A stretch of 34,137 nt of DNA, taken from Rhizaria sp. SCN 62-66 (lineage: Eukaryota). The notes below the pieces were generated by a model. That model searched no databases and was not told where the DNA came from. It was given only the letters and a program-made list of their open reading frames with translations. The stretch covers positions 1-34,137 of the forward strand of contig MEDY01000326.1 in assembly GCA_001724265.1 (NCBI GenBank), given 5' to 3'. Position numbers and translations under genes: made by a program. This document shows positions 1-11,200 of the stretch, piece after piece (the stretch's first letter is position 1; the number at the start of each line of letters is the position of its first letter).

Positions 1-98
1 TCAAGCGCCAGCCCGCCCAGCCCCAGGTCGCCCGCTTCATCGCCCCCTCCGTGCCCGTCACCACCCTCACCCCCAAGCCCTTCGTCTGGCTCGCCTAA
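1..98 (+). CDS. RPL21: 60S ribosomal protein L21 (eL21), C-terminal fragment running in from the window edge
   Basis: Not in the ORF track. The frame from base 3 reads KRQPAQPQVARFIAPSVPVTTLTPKPFVWLA* (TAA 96-98), resembling the eL21 C-terminus (KRQP..P..A.F........L.P.P[YF]...A). Codons are strongly C-ending, as expected for a highly expressed gene. Confidence 0.85.
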   Translation, partial: KRQPAQPQVARFIAPSVPVTTLTPKPFVWLA

Positions 99-482
99 GC
101 AACTCGCCGATTATTACATCCTGAATAACGACGATGTTGACGATGGTGATGATGATGATGACGACTATGAAGAGTTAACTCTCTTTTCTCTACTTAATAT
201 GCAACTATATACAGCTCCGTTGTACTTTTAAACACAAACCTACATTCAATCTATCTACCAACAATGTTGCTTCGTACGTACTTTGAAAAGGATGCAATTC
301 TTTCGAATTATCTTCGTGTTAAATGTTAGAATTGTATCATAAATCTGAAATAAATATGTTTAAGTGACCTATATAACGCAATATCGTGCTTTATGGGCAT
401 TCTGCTTCATGTTTGTGTTCTAAAAGTGTCATGTGTGGACATGATTAAAGCATCACAGCAGTCCATTTGACATTTGCAGCAT

Positions 483-1562
483 TCACATTTGCGGCAAAAC
501 CTCGACCACGGTCGCCAGCAACGCGCCCGGGATCATCTCGCTCACAGTCAAGATGTCTCCCTTGACGGCAGTGCTGCTGATGGTCGCAGGCGGCGCATCC
601 GTCCTCACAGTCCCCTCAGCTCTAACGCCAGCGCTTGTGCCGCTGCTCACGCTCGTGGCGCGAGTGCTAGTGATAGTCATAGTGTGGGTGTCCGTGCTAG
701 TGCTGTTGGCGTCAGTGCTAGTGCTGTTGGTGTCCGTGTGAGCGGGAGCGTGCGGGCCACAGAGAATGCGATTACACCTGCCGTAGAACGTCACTGTCTC
801 GCAGGTACTGTTGCGTCCGCAATCACCAGTCTGCTCACAGTCAGGAGGCGTAGAGCTGCTTGGATAAAGCGCACGCGCAGTGGCGGAGTCGTGCGGAACC
901 GTGAGCGCGAAAAATGGCCCTACACGCATTGTCTGCGGCACCTTGTTCCGCAGCAGCAGCGCGCCGAATGGCTCGAGACCGGCCGCCAGCGCGGGCCGCA
1001 GCGGCGCGGGGAACGAAAGCAGGGGCACGCGGATCGCGGCCAGCTCCACGGGGGCGCCGGGCGGAAACTGGGACGGAGATGGTGCGCTGTCTGACGCAGT
1101 CGCAGTTGCTGCAGTTGCTGCAGCTGTTGATTCTGAGTCTGCTGCAGTTGCTTTGGGAAGATTGAGCGTGATGACGCGGTAGAGCTCAACAGGAACGCGC
1201 TCTGGAGCCGCATCAGCAACCACCGCTGTCTGGCTGCTGTCATTAGCGCTGCCACATGTGTTGCCGCTTTCGGCGTCGTCATCTTTGTAAGTGAGTTGCT
1301 TTGACAGCACAGTGAGTGCGAGCGCGGCGCGGCCGTGGTGCGAAGCGAGCGTGGGCGTCATATTGCGCTCGTGCGCCAACAGGGAGCGCGCGGGCTCGGG
1401 CAATGCATCCGCGGACAGCAGTCGCAGCGACACTGAAGGCGCCAAAGAGAGCACGTCGCCCGCCGGTGAGAAGCACGGTGGCGGTGACGAAGGAGGGGGC
1501 GGGAAGACGGTGCAGAGATACCGCACGAAGGGCTCCAGCGCGGTCATCGCATCAGAGTCCAT
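483..1562 (-). CDS. Chorismate lyase (UbiC)-fold protein, putative chorismate pyruvate-lyase/4-hydroxybenzoate synthase-like, about 359 aa with low-complexity insertions
   Basis: First ATG is at 1562 (the track start at 1616 is GTG). Colinear blocks LPEPARSLLAHERNMTPTL / LYRVITL / GAPVELAAIRVP / EPFGALL / FYGRCNRI / TVVEVLP* parallel the E. coli UbiC blocks as I recall them (LLLEDSMTKRF / WLREILL / GEPWLAGRTVVP / TPLGRYL / LWGRRSRL / LTELFLP). No intron is needed. Confidence 0.68.
   Translation of the reverse strand: MDSDAMTALEPFVRYLCTVFPPPPSSPPPCFSPAGDVLSLAPSVSLRLLSADALPEPARSLLAHERNMTPTLASHHGRAALALTVLSKQLTYKDDDAESGNTCGSANDSSQTAVVADAAPERVPVELYRVITLNLPKATAADSESTAAATAATATASDSAPSPSQFPPGAPVELAAIRVPLLSFPAPLRPALAAGLEPFGALLLRNKVPQTMRVGPFFALTVPHDSATARALYPSSSTPPDCEQTGDCGRNSTCETVTFYGRCNRILCGPHAPAHTDTNSTSTDANSTSTDTHTMTITSTRATSVSSGTSAGVRAEGTVRTDAPPATISSTAVKGDILTVSEMIPGALLATVVEVLPQM
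691..738. repeat. 21-bp tandem duplication inside the UbiC-like CDS
   Basis: tccgtgctagtgctgttggcg / tcagtgctagtgctgttggtg / tccgtg; encodes TDTNSTS-TDANSTS on the minus strand. Confidence 0.85.
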
Positions 1563-2171
1563 TTTCAGAGAATGTATATGCGCACTCAAGGTATATGATT
1601 TCAGCGCTAATATCACAGTATAAGTCGGTTATGCCGAGATCAGGTGTGCAATCGAAGTTGCAAGTGAACCACCACAAATCCACCGGCGTCCAGTCGGACC
1701 TTTGCCGGTCTTCCGTATTTTCCCGTGTATGCGTCGATTCTATCGTCAAGATGCATGCTTGCTTGGTATATAATATAATAGCTTATTTGTGGCATATATC
1801 TTCATTTAATTTTTTTGCCGCATGTATATCGGCTCTTATTGCGTTCTTTTCGTTCTGGACGACGCTCCGGCCTCTCATCATTCTTGCATCGTCACGCAAT
1901 CAGCATCGTTCTAGCACGATGTAGATTTCCATGTCGCTATTTACTGACTGTTTCTTATATAGTCACTGCTTCAATTTACAATTTGTTTATGATTCCTCGC
2001 AAAACCCTCATATAATCCTATATCTTGTCGCCGAAATCTCTCCCCCACAGCCTTTCGCACTCTCAGAACTTGCGCTGACGCCACTCTTCACGGCTGTCTC
2101 TAGCTCTTTCCAGCCCTTGTCGGCTCTTTTGCCTTCCGTCTCTGCGCTTGCTTGAGTCTTTCTAGCGCACG
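1563..2171. promoter_or_regulatory. Divergent intergenic region, probable bidirectional promoter and 5' UTRs of the UbiC-like and DAHP synthase genes
   Basis: 609 bp between head-to-head ATGs, with an AT-rich core including tatataatataat near 1767-1779. A pyrimidine tract ends in TAG at 2163-2165, 6 nt before the DAHP ATG. Confidence 0.5.
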
Positions 2172-4766
2172 ATGGCGGACGTCGGCCCTACTGCGCCCGC
2201 TGTTGTGTCCTCGCACAGCACATGCAGAGCCGTCGCTGCCTCGGTTGTGTCGAACTCCGTCTCTGCTGCCACCGGCGCTCCTGCGGCGACCGCAATCGCG
2301 AGTGCTTGTTGCGCTGCTAACCGCGAAGATGCCTGCATCGTTGAGTCACTCTCGCTTGTCACAATTGCCTGCCCTTCTCCTGTCCCTGCTTCCACAGCGG
2401 CAAATGCAGCAGTGGCAGCTGTTGCAGGCGCAGTAGCCGCCGATTCCGTCTCTGACTCCACCTCGACCCCGCCCTTGACTGAGGCTGAGCCAGAGACCGC
2501 GCCACCAGCAGCAGTGGCGGCGACGTCAGTTGCAGCGATGTCCGCGACCGCGTTCACGACTGCGTCGGGCCTGGTGCTCACCCGCTACGATTCCACGCTG
2601 CTCTCCCCGTCGACCTCGATCACGTCACCGGCTTCGATCGCGTCACTCGCGCCGTCCGCGGCTTCGGCAGTCACGGCGACCGCGGCCAAGAGCGCGACGA
2701 CGACTGCGACGGCCAATGCCTCCTCGACTACGACTGCGAGCGCGAGCGCGAGCGCGAATGTGCATGAGGCTGGCGCGGCGGTGGCGACGCAGCCCCCGTC
2801 GTCGCCGCAGCCGTCCCCGGTGTGCCCCGCGTCCCCGCGCGACCACTTGGGCCCGCTTCCTCTGGCGCCGCCGCAGGCGCACGCCGCGCCCTGGTCGCCG
2901 CGCTCGTACCTGGCTTATCCCGGCGCTCAGCAGCCCGGGTACACGCCGCACGCGCGCTACCCCGCCGCCCCTTGCACCGCGCGCCGACACTGGTGGAACA
3001 CTGCGACGGCGGTCTGCTCCAGCGCCCACGGTCTTGCCGGCGGCGCTGCGGCCCAGTCCGCAACGAACTGTGTCGACGACTGTGAGTGCGAGTGCACGGA
3101 CGATGACAACGATGCCAGCGCTGATGACAGCAGCTGCAGCAGCAGCAGCAGCAGCAGTACCAGTGGAGCGAAGCCTGCGTACGTGTCGTATACGGACGCG
3201 CTCGCGACCGTGGCGCAGCTGGGCCCGCTGACGACGCCGGCCTGTGTGGCCGCGCTGCGCAGCAAGACCGCCGCCATCGCACTCGCTTCATGTCCTGCAG
3301 TCAGCAGCAGCAGTGGCAGTCAAAACGATAGCAATCCAAGTCCTGCTGCGACTGGACGCCGCCCGTTCCTGCTACAGGCGGGCGACTGCGCCGAGCGCTT
3401 TGTGGACGCCGCCGCGGACCCCGTGCGCCGCAAGCTGCGTCTGCTGCGCCAAATGGCGCTCATTCTGTCTCTCCGCGGCGGCGCCGATGTCACCACGCTG
3501 GGCCGTATTGCCGGCCAGTACGCGAAGCCGCGCTCCAACGCGTGGGAAACGGTCACCGCGCCGCAGGACTCCGCGGGCAGCGAGCAGCAGCAGTCGGGCG
3601 ATGCGAGCGCGGCGCTGCCCCGGCCCGTGCGCGTACCAGTGTTCCGCGGCGACAGCGTCAACGGCGTCGCGCCCACGGCCGAGGCGCGGAGGCACGACCC
3701 GCGGCGGCTGGTCCAGGCGCACGAGTGCGCGATGGAGACTGTGCGCCTGCTGAACTCGGTCGACATGCGCAGCAACAACACTAATGGCGGTGATCAAGCT
3801 GAGAGTGAGCGAATGGGCAATCTGCGCGAGTTGCTGCAGCTGTGCTGTCTCGGTCGCGGCTGTGACGTCTGTGGCTTCCCCGCCAGCGAGCCTGCTAACG
3901 CCAGTAGCAGCGCTAGTACGGCTGAAAACGGCGACGCTGCCGTGTGTGGCGGTAACGCTAGTGCAGCGTACACGGCTCTTTTACGCTCGCAGACTCAGCT
4001 CGATTGCCCCAGCACGGATGAGCCTGTTGTGTACACTTCACACGAGGGCCTTGTGCTTGGCTACGAAGTCGCGTGCATCAACAATGTCAACACTAGCTTT
4101 ATTGTTGAGAGCAGCGTTAGTGCAGACAGCAGCGTCCTCGCCCGCACCGGCGCCGTGTGTCTCTCGGCCGACTTCATCTGGATCGGCGAGCGCACGCGCG
4201 CGCTGGGCGAGGCGCACATCGAGCTCTTCCGCGGCGTCGGCAACGCTCTGGGCATTAAGGTCGGCCCCTCGGCGCGCCCGCAGGAGCTCGTTGCCGCGCT
4301 CGCCGCGCTGGACCCGGCGCGTGAGCCCGGCCGCGTGTCGGTCATCACGCGCCTCGGCGCCGCTCGCGTGTCTGCGTCGCTGCCCGCGCTCGTGACCGCC
4401 GTCGCCGCGGCCGGGCACAGCGTCGTGTGGGTGTGCGACCCCATGCACGGCAACACGGTGGCCACGCCCGCGGGCGTCAAGACGCGGCCCTTCGCGGCTG
4501 TCACGGCTGAGCTCGAGGAGACCGCTGCCACTCTGGCCGCGTGCGGGGCCGCGCTGGGCGGCGTGCACCTTGAGGTCACCGGCGACGACGTCACAGAGTG
4601 CCTCGGCGGGCCGCGCGCGGTGGGCGTCGACGACCTGGGCCGGTGCTACACGTCGCTGTGCGACCCGCGCCTCAACTATGAGCAAGCGCTCGCTGTGGCG
4701 TTCGTTGTCGCGGATATTCTCCTGAAGTACCCCCTGCCGCAAAGCACGTGCGCAAGCGATGCTTGA
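2172..4766 (+). CDS. Class II DAHP synthase (3-deoxy-7-phosphoheptulonate synthase), 864 aa with an Ala/Ser/Thr-rich N-terminal extension
   Basis: Class II motifs appear in order: WSP..AQQP.Y, FLLQAGDCAE, GRIAGQYAKPRS, FRGDSVNG, YTSHEGL, WIGERTR, GIKVGP, ITRLG, CDPMHGNT, GGVHLEVTG..VTEC.GG, YTSLCDPRLN. The Cys/His/Glu/Asp metal ligands are all present. Confidence 0.96.
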   Translation: MADVGPTAPAVVSSHSTCRAVAASVVSNSVSAATGAPAATAIASACCAANREDACIVESLSLVTIACPSPVPASTAANAAVAAVAGAVAADSVSDSTSTPPLTEAEPETAPPAAVAATSVAAMSATAFTTASGLVLTRYDSTLLSPSTSITSPASIASLAPSAASAVTATAAKSATTTATANASSTTTASASASANVHEAGAAVATQPPSSPQPSPVCPASPRDHLGPLPLAPPQAHAAPWSPRSYLAYPGAQQPGYTPHARYPAAPCTARRHWWNTATAVCSSAHGLAGGAAAQSATNCVDDCECECTDDDNDASADDSSCSSSSSSSTSGAKPAYVSYTDALATVAQLGPLTTPACVAALRSKTAAIALASCPAVSSSSGSQNDSNPSPAATGRRPFLLQAGDCAERFVDAAADPVRRKLRLLRQMALILSLRGGADVTTLGRIAGQYAKPRSNAWETVTAPQDSAGSEQQQSGDASAALPRPVRVPVFRGDSVNGVAPTAEARRHDPRRLVQAHECAMETVRLLNSVDMRSNNTNGGDQAESERMGNLRELLQLCCLGRGCDVCGFPASEPANASSSASTAENGDAAVCGGNASAAYTALLRSQTQLDCPSTDEPVVYTSHEGLVLGYEVACINNVNTSFIVESSVSADSSVLARTGAVCLSADFIWIGERTRALGEAHIELFRGVGNALGIKVGPSARPQELVAALAALDPAREPGRVSVITRLGAARVSASLPALVTAVAAAGHSVVWVCDPMHGNTVATPAGVKTRPFAAVTAELEETAATLAACGAALGGVHLEVTGDDVTECLGGPRAVGVDDLGRCYTSLCDPRLNYEQALAVAFVVADILLKYPLPQSTCASDA
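3129..3158 (+). repeat. (AGC)n microsatellite encoding poly-Ser in a DAHP synthase insertion
   Basis: agcagctgcagcagcagcagcagcagcagt encodes SSCSSSSSSS. Confidence 0.8.
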
Positions 4767-5226
4767 ATGAATGAGCATGACTGCGATTGAATTCGTGGCA
4801 CTTGTTCTTGCTATCATATTTTATTCTGTGTGATCGCTACTTTTGGTAGCGCTAAATTATTATCGTGATGCTACGCGCTGTAATGTGTTGTGCCACGCTG
4901 CACTGATTTGCAGTTTGCATTTTTGGCGTTGACATTTCAGGAGGTAGCCAATCTAATTTTTTATTTATTGCAATGCGGAAGTGATTTGCAAATACACTAA
5001 GCACTTTGTTTAACCAATCTGATCAAGGTTATAGGCCTGACGCTCCGCGGATTAAAGTCTTGAGTGAAATGGAAGTTGTATTGAGATATTGCTCTTGTCG
5101 TTGCAATGTTACGAGTAGACTAGATTAAACCGGTGTAAAACATGTTCTAATGTACAATATGAAGTTAAATTATCTAAGTTACGCGTATTTATGTAAAAAA
5201 TACGCTTGTTAAAATTGGTCACACGA

Positions 5227-8200
5227 TTAGATCGTCGCACCAGTGTCGGGATCGACACCATCAACGATCTCCTTGAGTTCCTTCCACAGGATGCGGCAGC
5301 TCTCAGAGAACCCGTTAAGGTGCGCGGCAAGGTCCAGCGTTGCCACACCTTCTTGCTCGGGGAACTGCTGCATGGGCCCAAGTTGCAGCTGCGCCAGCGC
5401 AGCCTCGGCGGCCTCCGCGCCCAGCATCGGAGGCTGCGGCACGGGGAACTCGTAACCGGGCACAATCTGCGGCGCGCGCTGGAAACACCCGCTGTTGATG
5501 GCGAGGTGCGTCAGCGAAAAGCGCAGCGCCACGTACAGGTACGCGCGCAGCACGCGTAGCGTGCGCTCGGCCAGAGACATCGAGTCCGTCGCGGCCTCGC
5601 CGGCCGCCGAGCCCGCGCGCAGTGTCACGGGCAGCAGGAACAGGTGCGCCGACAGCTCCGTTAGGTCGCTGAGCGTCGGCAGCGCGGCCAGTACTTGCAG
5701 CCGGCCGTGCGCGGCGCTCAGAACGGCAAGCATGTCGAGCCCGCCAGCTGTCGCCGCGTCCGTTTCAGATGACTCAGCCTGGGCCGCCGCAGTCGCAGTC
5801 GCGCGTCGCTGTGTCTCCTCGTCGCTCTCGTCGCCGTCGTCAAAGTAATCGTCGCCATTGACAGAGGCGTTCTCAGCGGAGGAGTTTTCGCCGTCTTCAA
5901 AGTCGCTGTCACCGCTGTCGTCGCTGTCAGAGAACAACAGCGCGGGGTCCTCGTCCTCCGCGTTGAACGGCAGCGTTATCTCTTCGCGCAGCGACAGGCT
6001 CACGCGCGAGTACAGCGGCGCCGCAATGGTGCGCCGCAGCGCCGCGCCGCGCATGCCGCGCACGCGCGCGTGCAGCCGCGTGCCCGTGGTGATAGTGTCA
6101 ACCGTCACCATGGCGGGCGCGTGCCGCTGCAGGGACGCGAACCCGCTGTGCACGCGCTGCACCATCTCCGCGTGCAGCGCTGTTGCCGCAGCCAGCTCCG
6201 CCTTCGGCACCAGCTCGCCAGCGCTGCTGTCTCCCTTCTCCGCAGCCGCGGCGCGCTTAGCGGCGCGTTGGGCGGCCTTGCGCTGGCGGCGCGTGCCGCG
6301 TGCGCAGCGGCGCGCGGCATGGTCGTCGGCGCGCTTGGTTAACTGCGCCGCGAGCGCGGGCAGGTCGACCGTGGGCAGAGCGGCGCCCAGCGTCACGGCC
6401 GTGCAAACTGCGCGCAAGGCGTCGGTGAAGGCGCGCGCAGTGGTCATCGCGCTCACAACGGTGCCTCCGGGCGCGCGCGCGTTGTTGACGGCCAGCGAGA
6501 GGCGCGCCCACTGTGCGCTGTCGAGCGCTGCCAGCGGCGGCGTGGGCGTCAACGCCCACGGGGACTGCAGCACGCGCAGCATCGGCGGCGCCGCGTGGCC
6601 CGCGGCCGCCAGCGCGTCGCAGCGCGCCTCGAGCGCCGGGCTCGCAAAGCCACCGCCCGCACTGAGCAGACGCGACAGCTGCGCACCGGCACTCTCATTG
6701 CGGCGCTTCTGCCTCTGCTCAGCGGTCGCGTGCTCCTCGGGGTGCAGGCGCGCTAGTTGCTGCTGCGAGAGCACGCCGCCGGCCAGCGCGGGGTGCGGCA
6801 GCCCGGCCTCGCCGGCCGTTGCATCGCGCAGCAGCCGCTCGTAGCCCGCAAAGGCGTACGGTGCGGGCGCCACGCCCAGCGGCGTGCCCTGCGGCGCGTT
6901 AATTGCGTCGGCGTCGCGCGCGCTCGCGTGCACGCACTGACCGGCCGCGGCGGGCCACAGCAGCACCTGCGCCGCTAGCGGCGACGAAATCGACACGGCG
7001 GCCGCGGGACTGCTGTCGGGCGCGAACCCGGCGGCAGCGGCGTCGGCGGCCGCTACGGACTGCGCGTACGACGGCGCGGCCCACCACACGCACTGCGCAA
7101 AGGCGCGCGCGTTGTGGCACGCCGCCAAGGCCGACGCCTCCGTCGCGTCTTCGCCCGCAGAAGCAGGCGGGAGCGCGACGGGAACGTGGATCAGCGGGTG
7201 TTGCTGCGCGGCCGCGACTGTGAGCGCGATGTCGCCCAGTGTGGGCAGCAGCCCCTGCGCATCGAGCGGCGCGACAACGCCGCGCGCACCCGCGTTGCGG
7301 CGCACCGCCGCGGGCGTCTCGCGCAGCAGCGCGTGCGCGTTGAGCGGCGAGAGACATGGCCCGTGCAGCGAGGCGTGCGCGAAGCACGCGTCAAAGAACT
7401 GCTGCGTGGCGTCGTTGGCGAACTGCAGGTGTCCGAGCGTGGACAACATGAGCATCGTGGCCACAACGGGCCCCGCAGACTGCACGCCCGAAGCCAGCAC
7501 CGGCGCGATGCCGGGCTCGCGCACGCCGCGGATGGCGCGCGACACGACGTCGATGGCCGACGACGCAGTCTGCGCCGCCGCGTCCACCAGCTCAAGCGCC
7601 TGTGCGACGCTGGACTCAGGGTTGAGCAGCGTCGCGCGCGCGTGCGTGGCCGCGCTGGCTTCGAGCGACGCCAGTCCAGCCAGCGGCACCGATAGCGACC
7701 GCGACAGCGAGCGCAGCTGCGCCAGCGCCGACAGGAATGGCGACGGTGTGGCAGCCGGCACCGCACCCGCAGCGCGCCTGCGAGCCTCGTTGGTGATTGC
7801 GGCCGCGGTGCCCGGCGCGGGCGTGGACTGCTGCAGCGGCACAGGGTGTTGCGGCATCGCGGCCGCGTCGGCGCAGACGCCGCGCGCGCCCAGCACTGGC
7901 TCAAAAAGCCGCGCTGACGCCACGAGCATCTGCACGGGCGCCAGCGGCATCTCGCCGTCCCACTCGTGCTCGAGCCGCGCCGCCACCGCATCGGTGCGAC
8001 CAATCGCAGGAGAAGTCGCACCTGCAGCAGTATAAGTATCAGTCGGAGGCGGGGGGGCGAGGCGTGAGGAGAGCTCGGCAGCCGCAGCGGCGCGCGCGGC
8101 AACGCGGTGTGCGTCGCCCGCGCGGCCCGCCGCGGTGTGCGTGGCGGCGTCGCGCAGCGCAAGCACGGCGTCGGCGACCGTGCCGCCCGCGCGCATCGCG

Positions 8201-11200
8201 GGCTGCAGCAGCCGCACGAGCGACAGTGCCAGACTCGCGCGCCCGCTCACAACGCACGGATCAATCACACTGTTGACACGACCGGCACTGGCGGTCGTCG
8301 CAGGGTCACCGTTCTCATCAGCGACCTCCGCCGCGACGTTGCCAGTTTGCAGCGCACGGCGGCGGCTGGCGCGGCGGAGCCTGCGCAGGCGGCGGGCCTG
8401 GGTACGGAGCGTCTTGTGTTCGGCGCGCAGCGCTTTGTGCGCGGTGACGGCTTCGCGCAGCCGCGCAACGGCGGCGTCGGCGCCAGCCATGGCCTCGGCG
8501 AGCACAAGACGCACCGATGGACACAGCGACGCGGCGTGCGCGGCCGAGACGCCGCTGCCGCTGACCGCGGGGAGCTCCTCCGCGCCCGTCACCCGCCGCG
8601 AGCACACCTGCACGTGCAGCGCCGGGGGCGCCGCGCTGCGCCGGCCGACGGCGCCGCCCCACAGTCCCATGAGCCGCAGCGCACGCGCGGCGCCGGGGCC
8701 AGTGCGAAGCGCGTGTGCAGCGCGCAGGGTCCGCGCCGCGAGCGCGCGCCAGCGCAGCAGCGTGAGTCCGAAGGCCTCAGCGTCGGCGGCAGTGTGCGCA
8801 AGCAGGTGGTGCGGCATCGGCATCAGCGGCGCGTGCGCGGCCACGACCACGCCCGCGTATGGTGCGGTGCTCGCGTCGGCCGGCAGAGCGCGGTCCTCCA
8901 CGGGCGCCGCCACCAGCGCGCGCCCCAGCACAGAGTCGTCCTTGGACTCCTCGCTCTTTACCGCCGCACTCGCACTCGCGCTCGAACTACTGCTGTTGCC
9001 CTTGTTGTCCTTGTTGCTGTTGTTGTTCGAGGCAGGAACAAGCTGTCCGGTGAGGCACGCGGCGTGGCGCGCCTCGACGCGCGCGGCGAGATGCACGGCG
9101 TCGCGGTTCAGGCGCGCGGTCACGACGCCACCGAGGATGGGCGCGAAAATGCCACGGATTGAGTTCGTGGCGTGATAAGACTTGCGGTTTAACTCGGCTT
9201 GCATGGTACGCTCGTTGGGGTGTGACGCGATGTCCGCCGGGTGCCTGAGCGCCGTGGTCGTCGCCGCTGAGCGCTCGGTAAAGCGTGCGACAAGGCGGCG
9301 CTGCGACGCGTCGTCCTCGGAGTGCTCATCCGAGGAGGAGTCGTCCGACTCCGCGCCCAGCCGGATCGCCGTCGTCGCGGGCGTCGGCGGTACCGCGGGC
9401 TTGGCCGTGGGCAGCGTCGAGAAGACGGCGAGTTGCGTCCGCGTGGATTTGAGTCCCGCCTGCAGGCGCACGCGCGGGGGCAGCGCCAGAGGGCTGGCCA
9501 GGCGCGCGGCAGCGACTTCGGCAGCAGCGGTGGCGGTCTCTACAGCAGCAGCGGCGGCAGCAGCGGAGGCTTCAGCAGCGGCGGAGACAGCAAGTCGCTC
9601 AGTCTTGGTTTTGTGAGAGAACCCCTTGCGCCTGCGCTTCACGACCGGCTTGATCTCAGCGTTTGTTTCGTCACCGTCCTTACTGACACTGCCATCATTC
9701 TCGGACTCAACGGCCACGGGGGCCGCCACATGAGCCGAGGCCGGACGCACTCGCCTGCGGCGGCCAGCGATGTCGCGGATGTACTCTGCAGGCCTCGGCA
9801 GCGCGCGCGCGGCCCCGCCAACCTTGCTACACTTGCCAGCAGCGCAGGCGCTAACGAGGCTCCCGTTTGCAACGCCGTTCCTGGCAGGCGCAGGCTCGTC
9901 GCAGTGGCCCATCGTGCGCGCAAGCGCGATGAGCGCGTCCGCGCTGGGACTCACGCGCTTCACGACCGCGACATTTTTCACAGGACGCCCCCTCCCGACT
10001 GTGGACGGCCTCTTTGCTGAGGGCGGGAGCGCTACCGTGCTGCGCGGCATGGCCGGCAGCGCAGTGAGCTCGTGCAGCCACACGCCCACAGCGCGGCCCG
10101 CCGCGCGCGACGCCAGTCGAGCACTGCCGCTGCCGCTGCCACTGCTACTGCTGCTGTTGCTGGTGGTGAACGAAGCACTGGCAGCTGCGTTGTCTGTGTC
10201 GAGCTTGACGTCAGCGTCGTCGCCGTCGGCATCAGCCTCATCGTCGGCGTCGCCCAGTTCGTCGCGATCGTCGTCGTTGCCGTCGCCGTGGACAGCGTTA
10301 CCGTGCGTGCTCTCGCCCGCGCCGGTGTTGCCGTCCATGTGGCGCGCAAACACGCGCCACGTGAGTACGGCGTCGGCGGCGGCGCTGGGACCAGCGCACG
10401 CCAGCGCGACAGCCGGGTACGGGTCCGCGGCGGCTAGCGTCGGCGGGGGCGCAGCGTTCTTCTGCGCCTTGGCCTTGATATTGAGGAGCAGCATCGCGTT
10501 GGCGGCCGCTGTCGTGGCGGAAACGTCATCTGCGGTCGCGGCGGCGCTGAGCACGGGGAAAAGCGGCGGCACGACTGCGGTGGGCAGCGCGGGGAGGTCG
10601 CGCAGCCGCTCCTCGCGCGCCGACAGCCCCAGCACGCGCCGCAACACGTGGCGGCCCAGCCGCGCGGGCCCTGCGTTGAGCGCAGAGAGGTACAATGCTG
10701 CGGGCGGCGGCAAGCCTGTGCCGCCAGGCCGCCGCAGCGTGTCTTTCTCGGAGACCAGCACGGGCGCCGAGAAGATGTCTTCGTCCGCGTCATCAGCCGC
10801 TGCTCCAGTCGCTGCCGCGGCACCATTACCAGCAACAGCAGCTGACGCGGTAGAGGCTGAGGTCGCAGAGTCCGAGTGAGCACGGAGGCCAGTGCTCCCA
10901 AAGACGCTTGCGGCGGCAGTTGCGGGATAGTCAAGCGAGGGGACAATGGCAGCCATGCATTCAAGTTCGCTCTGCTGCAGAACCGGCCTGCTGAAGCCGC
11001 CAGCGCGGCGAGCACGGCCGCGGTGGCGGCCGTGACCGTGTTGTTGACCAGGAAGCCGGGAGACGAGATTCATTTTGTTGTTCTTGCTCTTGGGCAGACC
11101 CGTCTTGTTGTCCTTGTTCTCCTCACCATCGTCATCGTCATCATCGTCTTCATTGTCGTTGTTGTCGGAGCCGCTCTCGCCCCCGCCTGCGCCCTGCGCA

